A stretch of 63,055 bases of DNA, counting the filler, from Collodictyon triciliatum (taxonomy: Eukaryota), in the NCBI GenBank assembly GCA_043381765.1. It is 19 parts of 19 records of this genome, joined end to end, with 100 filler letters (N's around TTAATTAATTAA, not from the genome) between each part and the next. Parts side by side here need not be neighbours in the genome. Positions count along the whole stretch, not along the records: positions 26,661 to 29,881 come from JBHJMP010007622.1; positions 29,982 to 33,202 come from JBHJMP010007623.1; positions 33,303 to 36,523 come from JBHJMP010007625.1; positions 36,624 to 39,843 come from JBHJMP010007626.1; positions 39,944 to 43,166 come from JBHJMP010007627.1; 14 more parts are not named here. The stretch is one strand, 5' to 3'. Made by a program: the position numbers and the translations under genes. Below the pieces are notes generated by a model that had not been told where the DNA came from, ran no database searches, and saw only the letters and a program-made list of their open reading frames with translations. Below, piece by piece: positions 26,710 to 41,037 of this stretch. Numbering within the stretch: position 1 is the stretch's first letter; each line of letters starts with the position of its first letter.

Positions 26710-29050
26710 TGTTATTTAAAGAAAAAGTAAAATATATTATGGACATAATGCATATGTTCCCAAAGAAACGAAAAAATTTAGTACACATACTGGCTCTTGT
26801 GTTTGGGATTCTACTTGAACAAGACCAACGGTTGTTCCAACCAGTTTTTTGGTTTCCAAGTTTGGTTAAGTCTCATTGTCTGAAAATAAAAGATAAATAC
26901 ATTAGAGCGGAAGATGAAGTAAACTCCATTAAAAAAGAGACGAGAAAGAAAGTGGCATTTTGATGGAATAATGAACACAACATTTATGCGTATAGTGAAT
27001 TTGTGACCAGTTCAAATATGAACATGCACACATATATATGAACATTACAAAGTCTGGTCAACATCAAATATACTTTCGTCTTCGCCGGTCTGGTGTGGTG
27101 TTTGGTCTGCAGCGAAAGGAAATAAATGAAGGGAAAGAATGGGACAGTCCACCTTGTGGTTTGGGGGAAAAATATTCCTCTGAAGGAATTGATTATGCCA
27201 TTTTGTTTCCAAGGAGGAACGCTCGATATCACGACAGGCCCGGAGTCCACTTGGCCATCCATTTCTTTGGAAAGCCTGGCTGAAAACCATGCATGTACGT
27301 TCAATTCACAGAGAAAGTGACCTCCATGACCATTGCTGGGTCTAGCTTGTAGAATCTGAGCTAGATGCACAAAATAAAAGTCCTTCATTATGAATTCTCC
27401 ATACCAACTACTTGAATAATGACAAAATTGTATTCTATAGCATGATTGTGGTTAAGTTGATTGGTATTTCCTCCAGCGAGAGAAGTATGAAGCATAAAAG
27501 AGGTTATGAATGGGGATTGAAAGAGGATTATTATTATTACTATTATTAATCAAGTCTGAAAGAAGCATAACAGAACAAACAGAAGAACTCAGTATATATA
27601 TATATGAAACCTTTCCGTCAACCGAGCCCACCACAAATCGCTCATTGTCTGGGTCAATAGCCAAGGACAACAACGGCGATGTGGACAGAATACCATTTTG
27701 GTAAACAAGCTGTTTCTGAAGGAGATTCCATACTTTGAAGCTTCTATCTTCGCTGCAGGTCACTAGAAACTCGTCCTTTTTGGCGCCAAAAACAGCACAT
27801 GTGATTCTTCGTTCATGACCTTCGAGAGGGATAACATGATTATTTGTCTAAAAATATGAATCAGATTGGTTTGTAGCAAGATATAAACAGATAAAGACTT
27901 TTCACTCACTGAGTTTTGAATTAAGAAACATATAACAAGGAATTCAATTAGCCAATAAAAAATAAAGAATTTTCTGACGGATACATAAATTAATTTTTTT
28001 TTTAAAAAAAAATTACAAGGTCTACCGAAACTTGAAAGATGTCAAACGTATTATCAGCGGCCAGTCCGACGAAGGTTCCGGTTGGGTCGAATGTTATGAA
28101 GGATGCATCACCATAATCCCGTGAAATGGGATGCAATTGTGTATCAACTTTGTAAACAATAAAAACAAAAACAATAATAGTGATAGAAAAGAAATCAAAT
28201 TGTTGGATGATACTGTGTTTTCTATGAAAAAAAACTCAAAACTAACAAAAGAAAATAGGAAAATGTTCATAAGATAACATAATATAACTAAGCATAACAA
28301 ACGTGTGTCTGGGGTTCAGAGTATATACCAAAGCAGCATTACGTCCTTTGAAACGGTTAACATTTGAAACAACTAATCATAATCCAAAAAGAAGAAGAAA
28401 ACTTCTATGAATAAACGTTTGAATTAGATACTTAATCATAAATTGTAGATCATTGAACATATATACTGGTTTATATGTTTTTGATATTGTCTAACGGGAT
28501 TATCGATTCCTGAATCCGAGAAAATGTGGGGCCAAATTGAAGCATAATTCTCGGCTGGGCGTTGATGCGCAGTTAATAAAGTGACAGGCTAAGATTGCAT
28601 GCGTATGAGCGATTCGGTGTTAATCACAACAACAGTATGAAACTTCTTAAAATTGTATTTTATTGACGAGATTGATCGACATGCAGAAAGGAAAGCATAA
28701 ATATGAATAATTTCATGTAATTCAGATATCAATGCAGAAGCATGATTAAACTGATTAGAAGGGCAAACGGACTACAAAAATATAGTCATGAGATGACGAC
28801 GAACAAATAATAAAAGGAACATTGAATAAAAAAGAAAAAGGAAAAAGAAAAAGAAAATTGAATCAAAAGAGAAGGTAATGGAAAAGGAAAAGGAAAAGGA
28901 AAAGGAAAAGGAAAAGGAAATATTCAACTCTTACTCTTTACCGTGATTTCGACAAATTCCTCAAAGGGCGCGGTGTGCTGCCGGCGATCGGTTCGAACAG
29001 TTGCTGGGAAAGCCCGAGGTTGGACACGCAGTCGACATCAGTTTCTTCTC
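26710..29050 (-). CDS. WDR27: WD40-repeat protein WDR27-like, 5' part
   Basis: LEGHERRITCAVFG...FLVTCSEDRSFKVWNL...LVYQNGILSTSPLLSLAIDP..ERFVVGSVDGK. The start is uncertain. Confidence 0.7.
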
Positions 29051-29981
29051 CATCATATTTCACTGCGCAGTCAAGAGAGGATTTATGCTGCTGTTATTTG
29101 GGACTCTTCACAACACGCTTGCTTTGAAAGCAGATATGCAGCGTTTCAGTCTGCTTCATCTCAGGCTTTCCTGCTTTGTGGGTTGCTGCGATTTCCTGTT
29201 TGATTAGTTATGATTCTGCTTGATCGAAGAAATTGGTTTGATCTGGAAAGACTGAAGATTCATGGAAATACAGCTTATTTGGTAGACTGATAATCGTTAG
29301 CTAAGGGAGGAAGTGCATCTGCAACGCCAGTAAATCTTTCATTTTTCTAATTTTTTTTCTCTTAATTCTGGTTTTTGAATGAGTGTTTGCTAGCTCTCAT
29401 ATTGGTCGGTGCAATAGTGTTTACTTGGGATTGAGGACGGCGATGCATTCCATATCAAAATGGGCATCACGAAGAAGACTGATGGCTGCGTAACAGGCAG
29501 GAGTGGGAGGTTTCTTGGTGAAGACTAGTGAATGGCAGTTATATGCTGTGTAAAGTTTTTGCCATCTCCTGATTCCCAAGAACACAAAATACATCGGTAG
29601 AAAAATAATAAGGTATCTAATACACTATACGCGATGAATGACATACATGAAATGACTGCAAAGAATGAGATTTGGATTCAAGCTTTTCTGGTGATGGCAT
29701 GTGTCAATAATCTATCCAGTGAATGATTATATATGGAACGTGGATTTCGTTAATTACCGCAAAGTCTTCCGTTTGACGGAGAAGGACAGTGGGTTTCACA
29801 GCATTTGCAAGAGACATCTGCCAGTCTCCAGAATAACCTTCATATTCTCCAAACGAGGTTGAGTCCCCTTTGAGTGGCGTGNNNNNNNNNNNNNNNNNNN
29901 NNNNNNNNNNNNNNNNNNNNNNNNNTTAATTAATTAANNNNNNNNNNNNNNNNNNNNNNNNNNNNNNNNNNNNNNNNNNNN

Positions 29982-30100
29982 CTATATCACAAGACTATAT
30001 CACAAGACTATATCACAAGACTATATCACAAGACTATATCACAAGACTATATCACAAGACTATATCACAAGACTATATCACAAGACTATATCACAAGACT
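29982..30100. repeat. 13-bp tandem minisatellite (CTATATCACAAGA), about 9 copies, cut by the contig edge
   Basis: Perfect head-to-tail copies with no spacers. Confidence 0.95.
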
Positions 30101-30244
30101 GACTCAGCTATGTTACGACTAGGTGCAGAACCGTCAATCGAGCTATTGTTGGTGGATTTATTCATAACATTTATGTGATAGATGGTTTGGCGAATGATTG
30201 GAAGTACAGCGTGGTTTGCGATGACAGGAGATGGAATGTTTCGA

Positions 30245-30757
<513 letters not shown>

Positions 30758-30789
30758 TCATCGACGAACATGAAGTGATGGCGCTGATA

Positions 30790-30796
30790 TTATATA
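30790..30796 (-). promoter_or_regulatory. Candidate TATA box of the H3 gene
   Basis: TATATAA in a GC-richer context about 135 nt upstream of the ATG. Confidence 0.4.
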
Positions 30797-31471
30797 CGCC
30801 GTTAGAAAACACACATCTAATTAAGGATAAGATTGATTCTGTGTTTTCTTATTTTGGATTAAACTTTCGAGAATATATAAATGTGGAAATTATAGTTGCT
30901 TGTTATTTTTTACGATTATATCCCTCAATATCTCCTAAATATTATACCACTAATATACATAATAATGCAGCATGTAGATGAGAAACAAATTTCTATTTTT
31001 GTTCCCTTCACCACCAAAACTCTCCATTTTGCTCGCGCAACCATCAAAATCCACACACAAGAAGGAAATGATAGAGGTAAAAATGAAAAAAGATGAAAAA
31101 AAGAAAGGAAGTTAGATGCAGAGAAAAAAACGCTAGTCGGTGGTGGGGATGCCCTGATTCCTGCTGCTCTCATTTTGTTGATTCCATATTTGAGGGTTCA
31201 AGCACAATTAGCGGGATGCAGCAGGAGACCATAAAGCGAAGAGCATCTGTCTCTTACACAATTTTTTTTCTCTTGCCATGTCACATTTAAAAAAAGGGAT
31301 GTATCAAAAGGTTATTTTTCATGATTCTTTATTTGCTCCAGGGTTCGGGTCTCTCGACCAGTCCAGATAAAAATAAAAAAAAAGAAATGTTCATATGTCA
31401 TAGGGTTCAGAGATGATGATGATATTTTTTTCTTCCATTCTATTTTTTTTTTGTTTTGTTTGTTGCTGTGA

Positions 31472-32827
31472 TTAAACAAAGAAGCTGACGAGAGTGATAA
31501 TCACTCCAAACAAAGAAAAGGCGATGATAGATTTTACCAACCACTCATGGCTCATGATTTTGTGAGTAAAAGGAGTGGTTTGGTGGTCAGGAAATACGCG
31601 GTTGCAGACTTTGATCGATTCCAATTGCAGAATGGCAGGAGCGACAAAGTTGATGAGGAATCCAAAAATCCCCACATACCGCAGAATAATGCTGATATCT
31701 CGAATGGCCATCGCACCAAGGACAGGAGGAACTGAAGACAAAAGCCGCAAGGCCAGTCTTCTCCGGCGGCTCAGCGGACGGTCCTCATTCATCAAGACCT
31801 CCTTCATGTTATTTGAGAGTGTGATGGCAGCTAAAGGGAACGCACTCAACACATCCAACGCTGGAAACAAGACAATCAAGTACGATATGAAGTAGGCGAG
31901 GCCAGGAGGATTTCCTTTTGGGCTTTTTCTGTAGTCATAATCAACCCAATTCAAAGAGCATTGGGACTCGACATAGTTGCGGTAGTATTCTACCACCACC
32001 ACACCCAGGGCGCAGTACAGGGTGAACGTGGAGGTCAAAAGAGCAGAGTATATTTTCCTCAACTTCATTCGATCCTTGATGGGATGGGTGAGGGTTGGGA
32101 CACCGAGCTGAAACATCTGGCTGAAAGCGACAATGGCAAACATGGAGCCGAATCCTGACCACTTGAAGGCCTCCACTGGGTCCTTGTCATCCACCGAAGT
32201 CGGGTCATCTGGGTCGGGTGGTAGTTGATTGTCGATACCATAGGCAGAGGTGGCTATCATGACAAAGATAGCTACATAGCGGAATGCTGCCAAGAAGACC
32301 TGAGTGGCAACCTGTTCGTGCAAATCCATGCATGAGAGGGGCACGACAATCGCACCAAAGACACCAAGATAGAAGAAGTAGAGAGAGTCACAATCTTCGC
32401 AAGTATTTCCGTTGTTGATGAAAGGAATGGGGATGTACGTTGCTGCAGACGTGGCAAAGACAGAGCAGTACGACCAGAGGGCGCCAAACATGTAGATACA
32501 CAGGATTGCCTCGTAGCCGCGCTGAGCCTTCTGCCCCAGGAAAAGACCGAAAAGCTCACCCAGCTCGAATTTTCTTGTACCAATCATATATTCAGGCTCT
32601 GGTGTCATGGCAAGAGCTTCTTCACCGGCCCCAACGTCCTGGATTTGTTGGGCCATTTGCAGAGCGTGTGTGCGGCAGAATGTCTCCAGAAGCCAGTTCA
32701 TAGCAATGAAGCTGATCAGTGTCGAGACAAGAAGAGTTAATATGCTGAGACCAACGCCTGCTTGCTCAAATGCCCACGGGATACTCAAAACCCCGACACC
32801 GACGATAAAGTTCATTCCATAGCAATC
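31472..32827 (-). CDS. Amino-acid transporter family protein (Aa_trans, TMEM104-like), long last exon
   Basis: NFIVGVGVLSIPWAF, about 11 TM segments, LFPALDVLSAFPLAAITLSNN. The 5' exon lies beyond the microsatellite. Confidence 0.85.
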   Translation of the reverse strand, partial: DCYGMNFIVGVGVLSIPWAFEQAGVGLSILTLLVSTLISFIAMNWLLETFCRTHALQMAQQIQDVGAGEEALAMTPEPEYMIGTRKFELGELFGLFLGQKAQRGYEAILCIYMFGALWSYCSVFATSAATYIPIPFINNGNTCEDCDSLYFFYLGVFGAIVVPLSCMDLHEQVATQVFLAAFRYVAIFVMIATSAYGIDNQLPPDPDDPTSVDDKDPVEAFKWSGFGSMFAIVAFSQMFQLGVPTLTHPIKDRMKLRKIYSALLTSTFTLYCALGVVVVEYYRNYVESQCSLNWVDYDYRKSPKGNPPGLAYFISYLIVLFPALDVLSAFPLAAITLSNNMKEVLMNEDRPLSRRRRLALRLLSSVPPVLGAMAIRDISIILRYVGIFGFLINFVAPAILQLESIKVCNRVFPDHQTTPFTHKIMSHEWLVKSIIAFSLFGVIITLVSFFV

Positions 32828-33399
32828 TTGAGGCAGGTATAGATTAATTGCAGTCGGTATGAGGAAAGGTAATGAAAATAGAAGGAAAAGAAAAAAGAAA
32901 AAGAAAAAGAAAAAGAAAAAGAAGAAGAAAGGAGAAAGGAGAAAGAAGAAGAAAGAAGAAGAAAGAAGAAGAAAGAAGAAGAAAGAAGAAGAAAGAAGAA
33001 GAAAGAAGAAGAAAGAAGAAAGAAGAAAGAAGAAGAAAGAAGAAGAAAGAAGAAGAAAGAAGAAAGAAGAAGAAAGAAGAAGAAAGAAGAAGAAAGAAGA
33101 AAGAAGAAGAAAGAAGAAAGAAGAAAGAAGAAGAAAGAAGAAGAAAGAAGAAAGAAGAAGAAAGAAGAAAGAAGAAAGAAGAAAGAAGAAAGAAGAAAGA
33201 AGNNNNNNNNNNNNNNNNNNNNNNNNNNNNNNNNNNNNNNNNNNNNTTAATTAATTAANNNNNNNNNNNNNNNNNNNNNNNNNNNNNNNNNNNNNNNNNN
33301 NNATCAAGTGACTTTTTGTTTGTATTTTTGGTTGGTAGGTGATTTAGAGTTGGGTGGGTGAGGGGGGGGGGGGGGGGGGGGGGGGAAGTAAGAAAATAC

Positions 33400-36390
33400 C
33401 TTTCAGAATAACGTAATTGATATTTGTTCCTTGTAATTGCGCTGCGATAACACAAAATTTAGATACCATTTTGAATAATTTTTCTTGGAAATTAAAAGGT
33501 TGGTACCTTGTTGAGCGACATTATGGAAGAATGCAGCAACGTGTGGGCCCACAACTTCACGCTTATGACAAATAATAGTAGCATATAGATTCTCTGCACA
33601 TGGCTGAAACATCATATGCATATTGTGAGATTTTGATTGAAAAGTGTGATAATGATGCCATCACAATCAGTAAGTGAAAAAGGAAGCATACAAAGGGACT
33701 CGTATAATAGTAAACGTGTCTAAAATGAATACCCTAAGTTTTTCCTTCCATGTATCAGCAGTTTGTTCGATATGATAAACTTCGGCATCCCTATAATAAA
33801 AAGAATAAAATATGTATTTGTCTATATTATTAAATCAAAATCCAATCACAGGCAAATAAAAGGCCTTGACTGATATATGGCGGTTTTTATTCAAATTATA
33901 TTTTATAGACTACAAACTCCTGCCACTCGGCCAAATCTTGGGGTGTATATAAGAAAAACTTTTGAACCAGTGTGTTGACTAGTGTATTAATCTTTTCGTT
34001 TGACCAGAAAAGATTAAGCCGTGCAACATGTTCTGAAATTTATTATAGAGGACAGCAGGAATTAAATATTGCATTTTATGCCCCTAATTCTTTCTTTTTC
34101 CTTTTCCCTTTCTTCTAAATCGATGCCTATGCATATTTCAAAAGAAAACCACGTTTTCTTCTTTCGCTTTTTCTCCCATGTAATCAAATGAGTGGTAAAA
34201 GTACCATCACTGGAGTTAACATAATCCGGTGTTTCGAAAACACACTTATAAAAAAGCATGGCGTGGACGGCTGCACCTTCATATGGCGTTACATTCGGTC
34301 TATTATTCAAGTTTAGTCAATGATCTAAATAATAATGATTGCAGTTGCATACTAACATAATTATTGGCTCGCATCTTCACCGACTTACACTTCTGCCAAC
34401 TTTGTCAGAAATGCAAAGTAAACTTCACAGATAGGAATAACTTGGTTTGCAGCCAGAAGAGAGTATGCGTGTGATTCAAAGACATCCAAAATCAGCTGCA
34501 GTATATGATACTTTAGTAATTTAACAATTAAAAGATTATAAAAAGCATTTAAAGGCTTATGTGGGGTTTCCCCATGAAAGCAGACTGCTAAACCTTTCCA
34601 AACAGATGAAGAGTTTTATCGACATATGATATGGACGGATGGTTGAGAGGGAGCGAGCACTCTAAATACCCCAAAAATGTAAAATTTACACAAGTATTAC
34701 GATTGATGTACCTTCAATCTTCCAATTTGAGTTATAAAAAATATGATTTAAAATAGAACAATATAGGCATTACTATGCCTTAGCAGAAAAAGGATAATTA
34801 CTAAGTTGGATGAATGCAATCAATTTCGAGCGAATAAATTCCATGGAAGACACTGCATTTGCCTTCATGGATTTAGTGAGAGGAATATCACAAAAGGTAA
34901 TTAATGGAGTTCAGAATAAGTTTGATTATATTTGGGTTCTAGCTTACATGTTCATGAATACTTTGGACGCCAGATGATAAAAGTCGACGAAAAATCTAGT
35001 TGTGTGAATGTCAAATATATGCTGTAAGTGAATATCACAAAATGCTCGAACATGCTAAGTAATGTAAGAAACATCAATAGAGCGTTCGGAAAGTGTAATG
35101 AAAAATAGAAAGGTATTACCTTGGAGCAAAGATTGCTTTTGTAGTAGGATGATAGTGATTGCTCATTTGTGACTTGTTCTCCAGAGCAAGCTCTGAATAG
35201 CATGTCTAATTGAATCCAAAAAAATGAAGCGTTTAGAATCTTGCATATCAAAATCATATATTCAACGCCAAATCAATCATGCAAATATATTTGATTTTGC
35301 TAAAAGTAATGTATATGTAAAATTTACCAATCTCTTGAGCCCACATCGTCATCAAGGGAACCAAGAAAACTCCAGCAAACTATTCGATACAAAAATAAAT
35401 TAAGTGATCTTATGTGTTGATTGTACTCTGGAAGAAAGGAAGAAAGGAAAAGAAACAAAAAGAAAGAAAGGAAATGGAGGGGTAACTAACATTAATTTCT
35501 TTACCTGTTGAAAATGGATTCTACCAGCTGCGAGTCGTTTTGAGTTCAGCTGTTTAACAATGTGATACAACACCAAAAGTCCCCGTTGTATATGGTGATT
35601 TGTTGAACCAGAGAGAAGGCTCACAAGAGTTGTTACAAGATCAGGCCTATTTTTTTATTATTTTTCGGTTAGACAAAAATTAATCATACAGTATCCAAAG
35701 AGACAAGCAGGAAATGCAACGGCGATTCTAGTTAAGTATGAATGTAGTGATTATAACATGATACATTTTTAAAATAATAATATATAAATAAATAAAAATG
35801 CCTAAATTATAAAGATGATTTCACCCTTTCTTTTAAAAAAATCAATAAAGTGAACGATTTAGTTTCTGTAATTTGTCTTAAATGGATCAATGATTATTAT
35901 TGGTTTTTGTGTTACCATTGATTGGGGAAATCTTCACGCGCGATCTTTGAAATGAGAACTGCAACATGAATAGCCAACTATACATAATCATTTGTATGCA
36001 TATTATGTACTCTGGGAGGTTGAGACTACTAGTAATCAAAAAATGCACTAAAGGTATGTTTGGCCATTGATTAACCTTCTCATCATCAAGTAAAAGAATC
36101 GAAAAAATTCCGGCTCTGATTTGGTTCTTTTCCTGAGTGTTTATACCACTGCACAGAAGGATATAGTTACATAATGGGTAACAGCAACCGATAAAATACG
36201 CAGTGGTGTTTGTTAGGCTAGTTTTTCAACTCAAATATTTATGATGGTAGGTTATTAAGACATGGAGTATGTGCATAATATGGAACCCATTTGTTCGTTG
36301 TTTCCATTGACGATTGACAGTATTTTTCATGGAGATGACCGCCATCAATCGCGTAGCATTTGTAAAACTTGAATTCTTTACAAGTTCCTA
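33400..36390 (-). CDS. IPO11: Importin-11-like karyopherin, N-terminal exons
   Basis: AVISMKNTVNRQWK, EKNQIR, AVLISKIAREDFPNQW, LLVLYHIVKQLNSKRLAAGRIHFQQ, PQDLAEWQ, KEKLRPCAENLY. Confidence 0.8.
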
Positions 36391-36439
36391 TGCCAATCGT
36401 CGTGCATGATTGCAGCATTATTATTACTATTACTATTAC

Positions 36440-36523
<84 letters not shown>

Positions 36524-36623
36524 NNNNNNNNNNNNNNNNNNNNNNNNNNNNNNNNNNNNNNNNNNNNTTAATTAATTAANNNNNNNNNNNNNNNNNNNNN
36601 NNNNNNNNNNNNNNNNNNNNNNN

Positions 36624-36685
<62 letters not shown>

Positions 36686-36834
36686 AAAAAAACAAAAAAA
36701 CAAAAAAGAAATACCTCATAGAAGACATCCATATTAAGTTTAAAAAACGCTCATGAAAACGCATAAAAACACACTAAGGAGCTTCTAACCGAGTTTCAAC
36801 GTATCCCATCGTTCGCTCGTAGCTCACAAACTAG

Positions 36835-39725
36835 GAATTCGCTTTTGAGTGATGATGGTGTGTCCGAGACAGCATCTTCAATGACGCAAGTGGACATGTC
36901 CGATGCTTACTTGCGACCATTGTACGCCTTTTCGTATTCTGACAGCTGGTCTGGCTTCTTTCTCGGACCTGTAATCTCATTCCCAAGGTAAAAAGAACAA
37001 ACTTTGTTTATTTGAATCACGATGTTCGTATGTGCGGTTATGTGAATGAGTTTGCCATGAGATATATTGCTTGGCTATTGACGCGCATGGTCTCTGGGCT
37101 CTTCATTACTATTGCCACAAATTATCATGGACTGTATGAGATTCGTGACAAACTCCTTTGGCAACATCTATCAGTTAATGATGAGTCAGGAACACAAGGA
37201 TGGAAAGTAAGGAGGGTCCATTTAATTATTTTTTTTTATCAGGAACTTCCGCCTGGCACTTGTCCGCCTGATTTACCCGCTTCTATTTTCTGGAGTCATC
37301 TCAGTGCTGATGTTCTTCATGATTTGGATTTGGTATGAAGGTATGGATAATAGATTTTTTTTATTAATATTCGAGAACTTGCTTTTATCTGGTATTCAAA
37401 GGACATTGCTTTATATTATCAGTAGATTTTTTCTTTGGTTTCTTTTCAACATATTATCAGTAGATAAACCTCCCTTTCGCTCATTCTGTCATTTTTTTTT
37501 TTGGAAAATGTCGCTACTCGGTTGATAGAAGGAAGGTCTAACTTCGTATGGGAAAGACTTCCAATCCATATTACCTTGTCAGTGCTTACATCTGCTTTCT
37601 GGATATCTTCAGCATGCATATGTTTCCCTAATGCATTCCCGCAAAACCGAATCAAAGTAAAACATATTCGAATTTGAAATAAGACAGCTAGAATATCCAT
37701 GCTTACATAATTCTAACCAAGATCTAAAAAAAGAAGAAAATAATGATAAATGCCCGGTGGCGAAATATCTAGAAAATTTCATAGTATATTGTACTTATTT
37801 TATGAACCTAGGTAGTCTCTGCTTTGTTTTTTGGCCTGGTTATACTTTTTTCAGGATTGTTTGCCATTTGCGTAGCTTTAGGCGCGGAAGAATTGTCGTT
37901 AACAGAAAGACAAGGCAAGATTAATGATATTTTGATTATTTTTTTTTTTTTTTTGCATTTTTACCACTATACCGCATCCTACATGTAAATATTTCTCTTC
38001 AGGTCTTTAATGCCATTATTATAATAGGAATTCGTATAACAATTGCTTTACTACGATCTTTCTCTGGATTCATCGCCATCCCATATTCATTTTACAAGGA
38101 TGAAATTAAGTATGTTCTCATATTGAACGAGGAACAAACCAAACCTTTGAATGCGCAAAGTATGCACGAGCCTGATCATTATTTGTAAGGACTGTAAATC
38201 ATCCCATAAATGAAAGCTTTTGACTATCATCTCGTAAGTTTAAAGGAAGAGCTGACTAATATTTTCTATAACTTGGTCATACACCAAGGCAAAATTCTCC
38301 ATTTCAAACAAACAGACAGGCCCATCTGTTAAGGATATCTGAAAACAAAAATGGTAACGCAAATAAATAGCATTCGCAATAGCATAATTTCAACATTTTG
38401 ATACAAATTCACTATCCTGCACAAAATTGAAAGGAAGAAAATAAAAAAAACATTTTGATACAAATATTCATGATAGTTCTATTTAGGATACTTTCGTCCA
38501 CTGGTTAAAAAACTTAGTGATATTAAAACTTGCTGTATGATTGTTATCGTCCTGAGTTCGATCTTTTTGGGTTATGTCTACTTTGAATTAGCCAGGAGAG
38601 AACAGTACCTTATCATTTTAGGGATTGTTCTTTTTTGTGTCTACGCATTGTGGCTTGACAGGTCTTATAAAATTTCTTTCCAAGGCCTCTGAAACCATAG
38701 CTTAATTACGCTTGCTCATTTACTACCCTCCAAATTGATTTTGCCCTGCTGCATATATCGTTTGTATATTTTTTTTAAACCATCTCAATTTCAGTTTACT
38801 TGAAATTTCCACCATTTTCTATTTAAGTAGCATTGTTTATAATATTCCCTTTATCTTTTAGAGACAAAGACTACGTCTGTCATAGCCCATACTACTTGGT
38901 AATCTACATGTGTGTAGCCTTAGGAGCGTGGCCAAGCGCAGCTATATCTCTCATATTTTATGTGGACATATTTGGTGTCGATTACATATTCTTAGTGTAT
39001 CTGGTTTACTCTATTTTATTCTTGGCCATGTCGTCGGTGATGCTTTCTCTTACAAGCCACGCAGCAGATGGAACATCGTTTCATATCTTGTTCATGGTGA
39101 TTCAGGTATACATACTTTATCTACAGATTATCGATATCACAACGGTTAGCTCCATCCAGGAATGAAAGCCAACTTTTTCGCAATCGAGGGTGGTCAACCA
39201 CTCTTTGGTTTTTTTTTTTTTTGTTACTCAGCTTTATTCTATCTTGGTTTCTATGCTTTTGTTTGATGCTTTTATACTCTGTATAAAGTATATAATCATC
39301 ATCGCTGCGAGAGTATCTGAATATGATTCTGAATTTGCGGGAATACTCATATACCCACCGCAGGTGTTTGACGAGTTTGTTGGACTTCTGCTGTATCTGT
39401 TTCTAGAAGATTCCGTAGTTGGATTCTACTGCTTGTTGGGGTGTCACATAGCTAGAGTATTTGCCCGCAATACTGGGATGACAGGGAGAGTGTTCTATGG
39501 TTTTGTAGAGTAAGTGATCAGAACACACTGTTTTTTCAGCGATATATTGAACGTTGTAAACACCATCTGTATAGATAATACAAATCGACATGTATGAATT
39601 TAAGTTACTTACAAGCCAACCTCCTTGCTACGTGAAGGTGCCGCTCACCTGTTGTGTTGACGTATAACCTCGTTCTGTTGGCAACACAAGACTTCTTGGT
39701 GGTTCTCTGCTCTCTCTCAGCGATT
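36835..39725 (+). CDS. Multi-exon polytopic membrane protein of unknown family (partial)
   Basis: A series of hydrophobic exons (for example 38861-39105, 39232-39510) with splice signals. Confidence 0.55.
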
Positions 39726-40886
39726 ATTGCAGGTTTTCTTTCATTTATCATTTCATTTATCATTTCATTTATCATTTCATTTATCATTTCATTTATCATT
39801 TCATTTATCATTTCATTTATCATTTCATTTATCATTTCATTTANNNNNNNNNNNNNNNNNNNNNNNNNNNNNNNNNNNNNNNNNNNNTTAATTAATTAAN
39901 NNNNNNNNNNNNNNNNNNNNNNNNNNNNNNNNNNNNNNNNNNNTATTTATTTTATTATTTATTATTTATTATTTATTATTTATTATTTATTATTTATTAT
40001 TTATTATTTATTATTTATTATTTATTATTTATTATTTATTATTTATTATTTATTATTTATTATTTATTATTTATGAAAAGGGAAATAATGTTTGCTTTTT
40101 GTTTTTTATTGCGAGGCCCAAAGACAAGCACAGTTATGGTGAATGCAACACATGTTGAAGAAAGTCTAATACCAACAAGGATGGAGTGTTTGTGAGCAGA
40201 AAGAAATTAAAAAAAGTGCTTTTCAGCTGCTTGGTGTGTTGGATTCATATGCAGATATTCAATAAATGAATAAGTAGGAAGACGAAGGGTTTATGAAACT
40301 GCCTTCTCAGCCATTGGACTGCTGATTGTGCAGTTTTGCTTGTGTACTTTTCGCGTCAGGCAGCCTGTCACACGGCAGTTTTGCTGTATTTATTTCTTTG
40401 TACTTTGTACTGATGGGGAAAAAGGGAAATGAAAATGAAAATGAAAATGAAAAAGGAAAAGAGTTGAACTGATCTTTCTGTCTGGTTTATATCTGGAAAA
40501 TATTGATATATTGTATTATTTGAGTAATTATGGACTTAATATCTATATTGCACATTATATATATATGCAAAATGACAATATTATGCATAATTATATTTGT
40601 GTTATTTGATTGCCATAAACACACGGCTCGCATCAGTCATCTCGTTCCAACCGCGCACACACAAACAAACAAAACAGCCTATTCTCTATTTTCTATGAAG
40701 TCGATTTCCGCTGCAGCTTTGTTTTCTTTTCACCTTGAAGACTCAACGCCCGCGCAGTGAAGATGTGATCAGGCCAAACTAGCTTTATCAAAGAAAAAGA
40801 AAGCTTGAGAGAGAATATAAAAGAAAATACTTTCGGTGCATACACCCAGATGAGAATCTGGGTTCTTGGGTCTCCCCTTTTCACCT

Positions 40887-40981
<95 letters not shown>

Positions 40982-41037
40982 TTTGGGAGGGTAACCTTTT
41001 TCTAACTGCCGTGTTTATTGATTGCACCAAAGGCTCG

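Noticed and set aside
29982-30100. 13-bp array as CRISPR or telomere
   Set aside because: No spacers, and not a G-rich telomeric unit.
32859-33258. Low-complexity ORFs (poly-K/E/R, F/L, I, N) here and at other contig ends
   Set aside because: They are translations of microsatellites and N runs.
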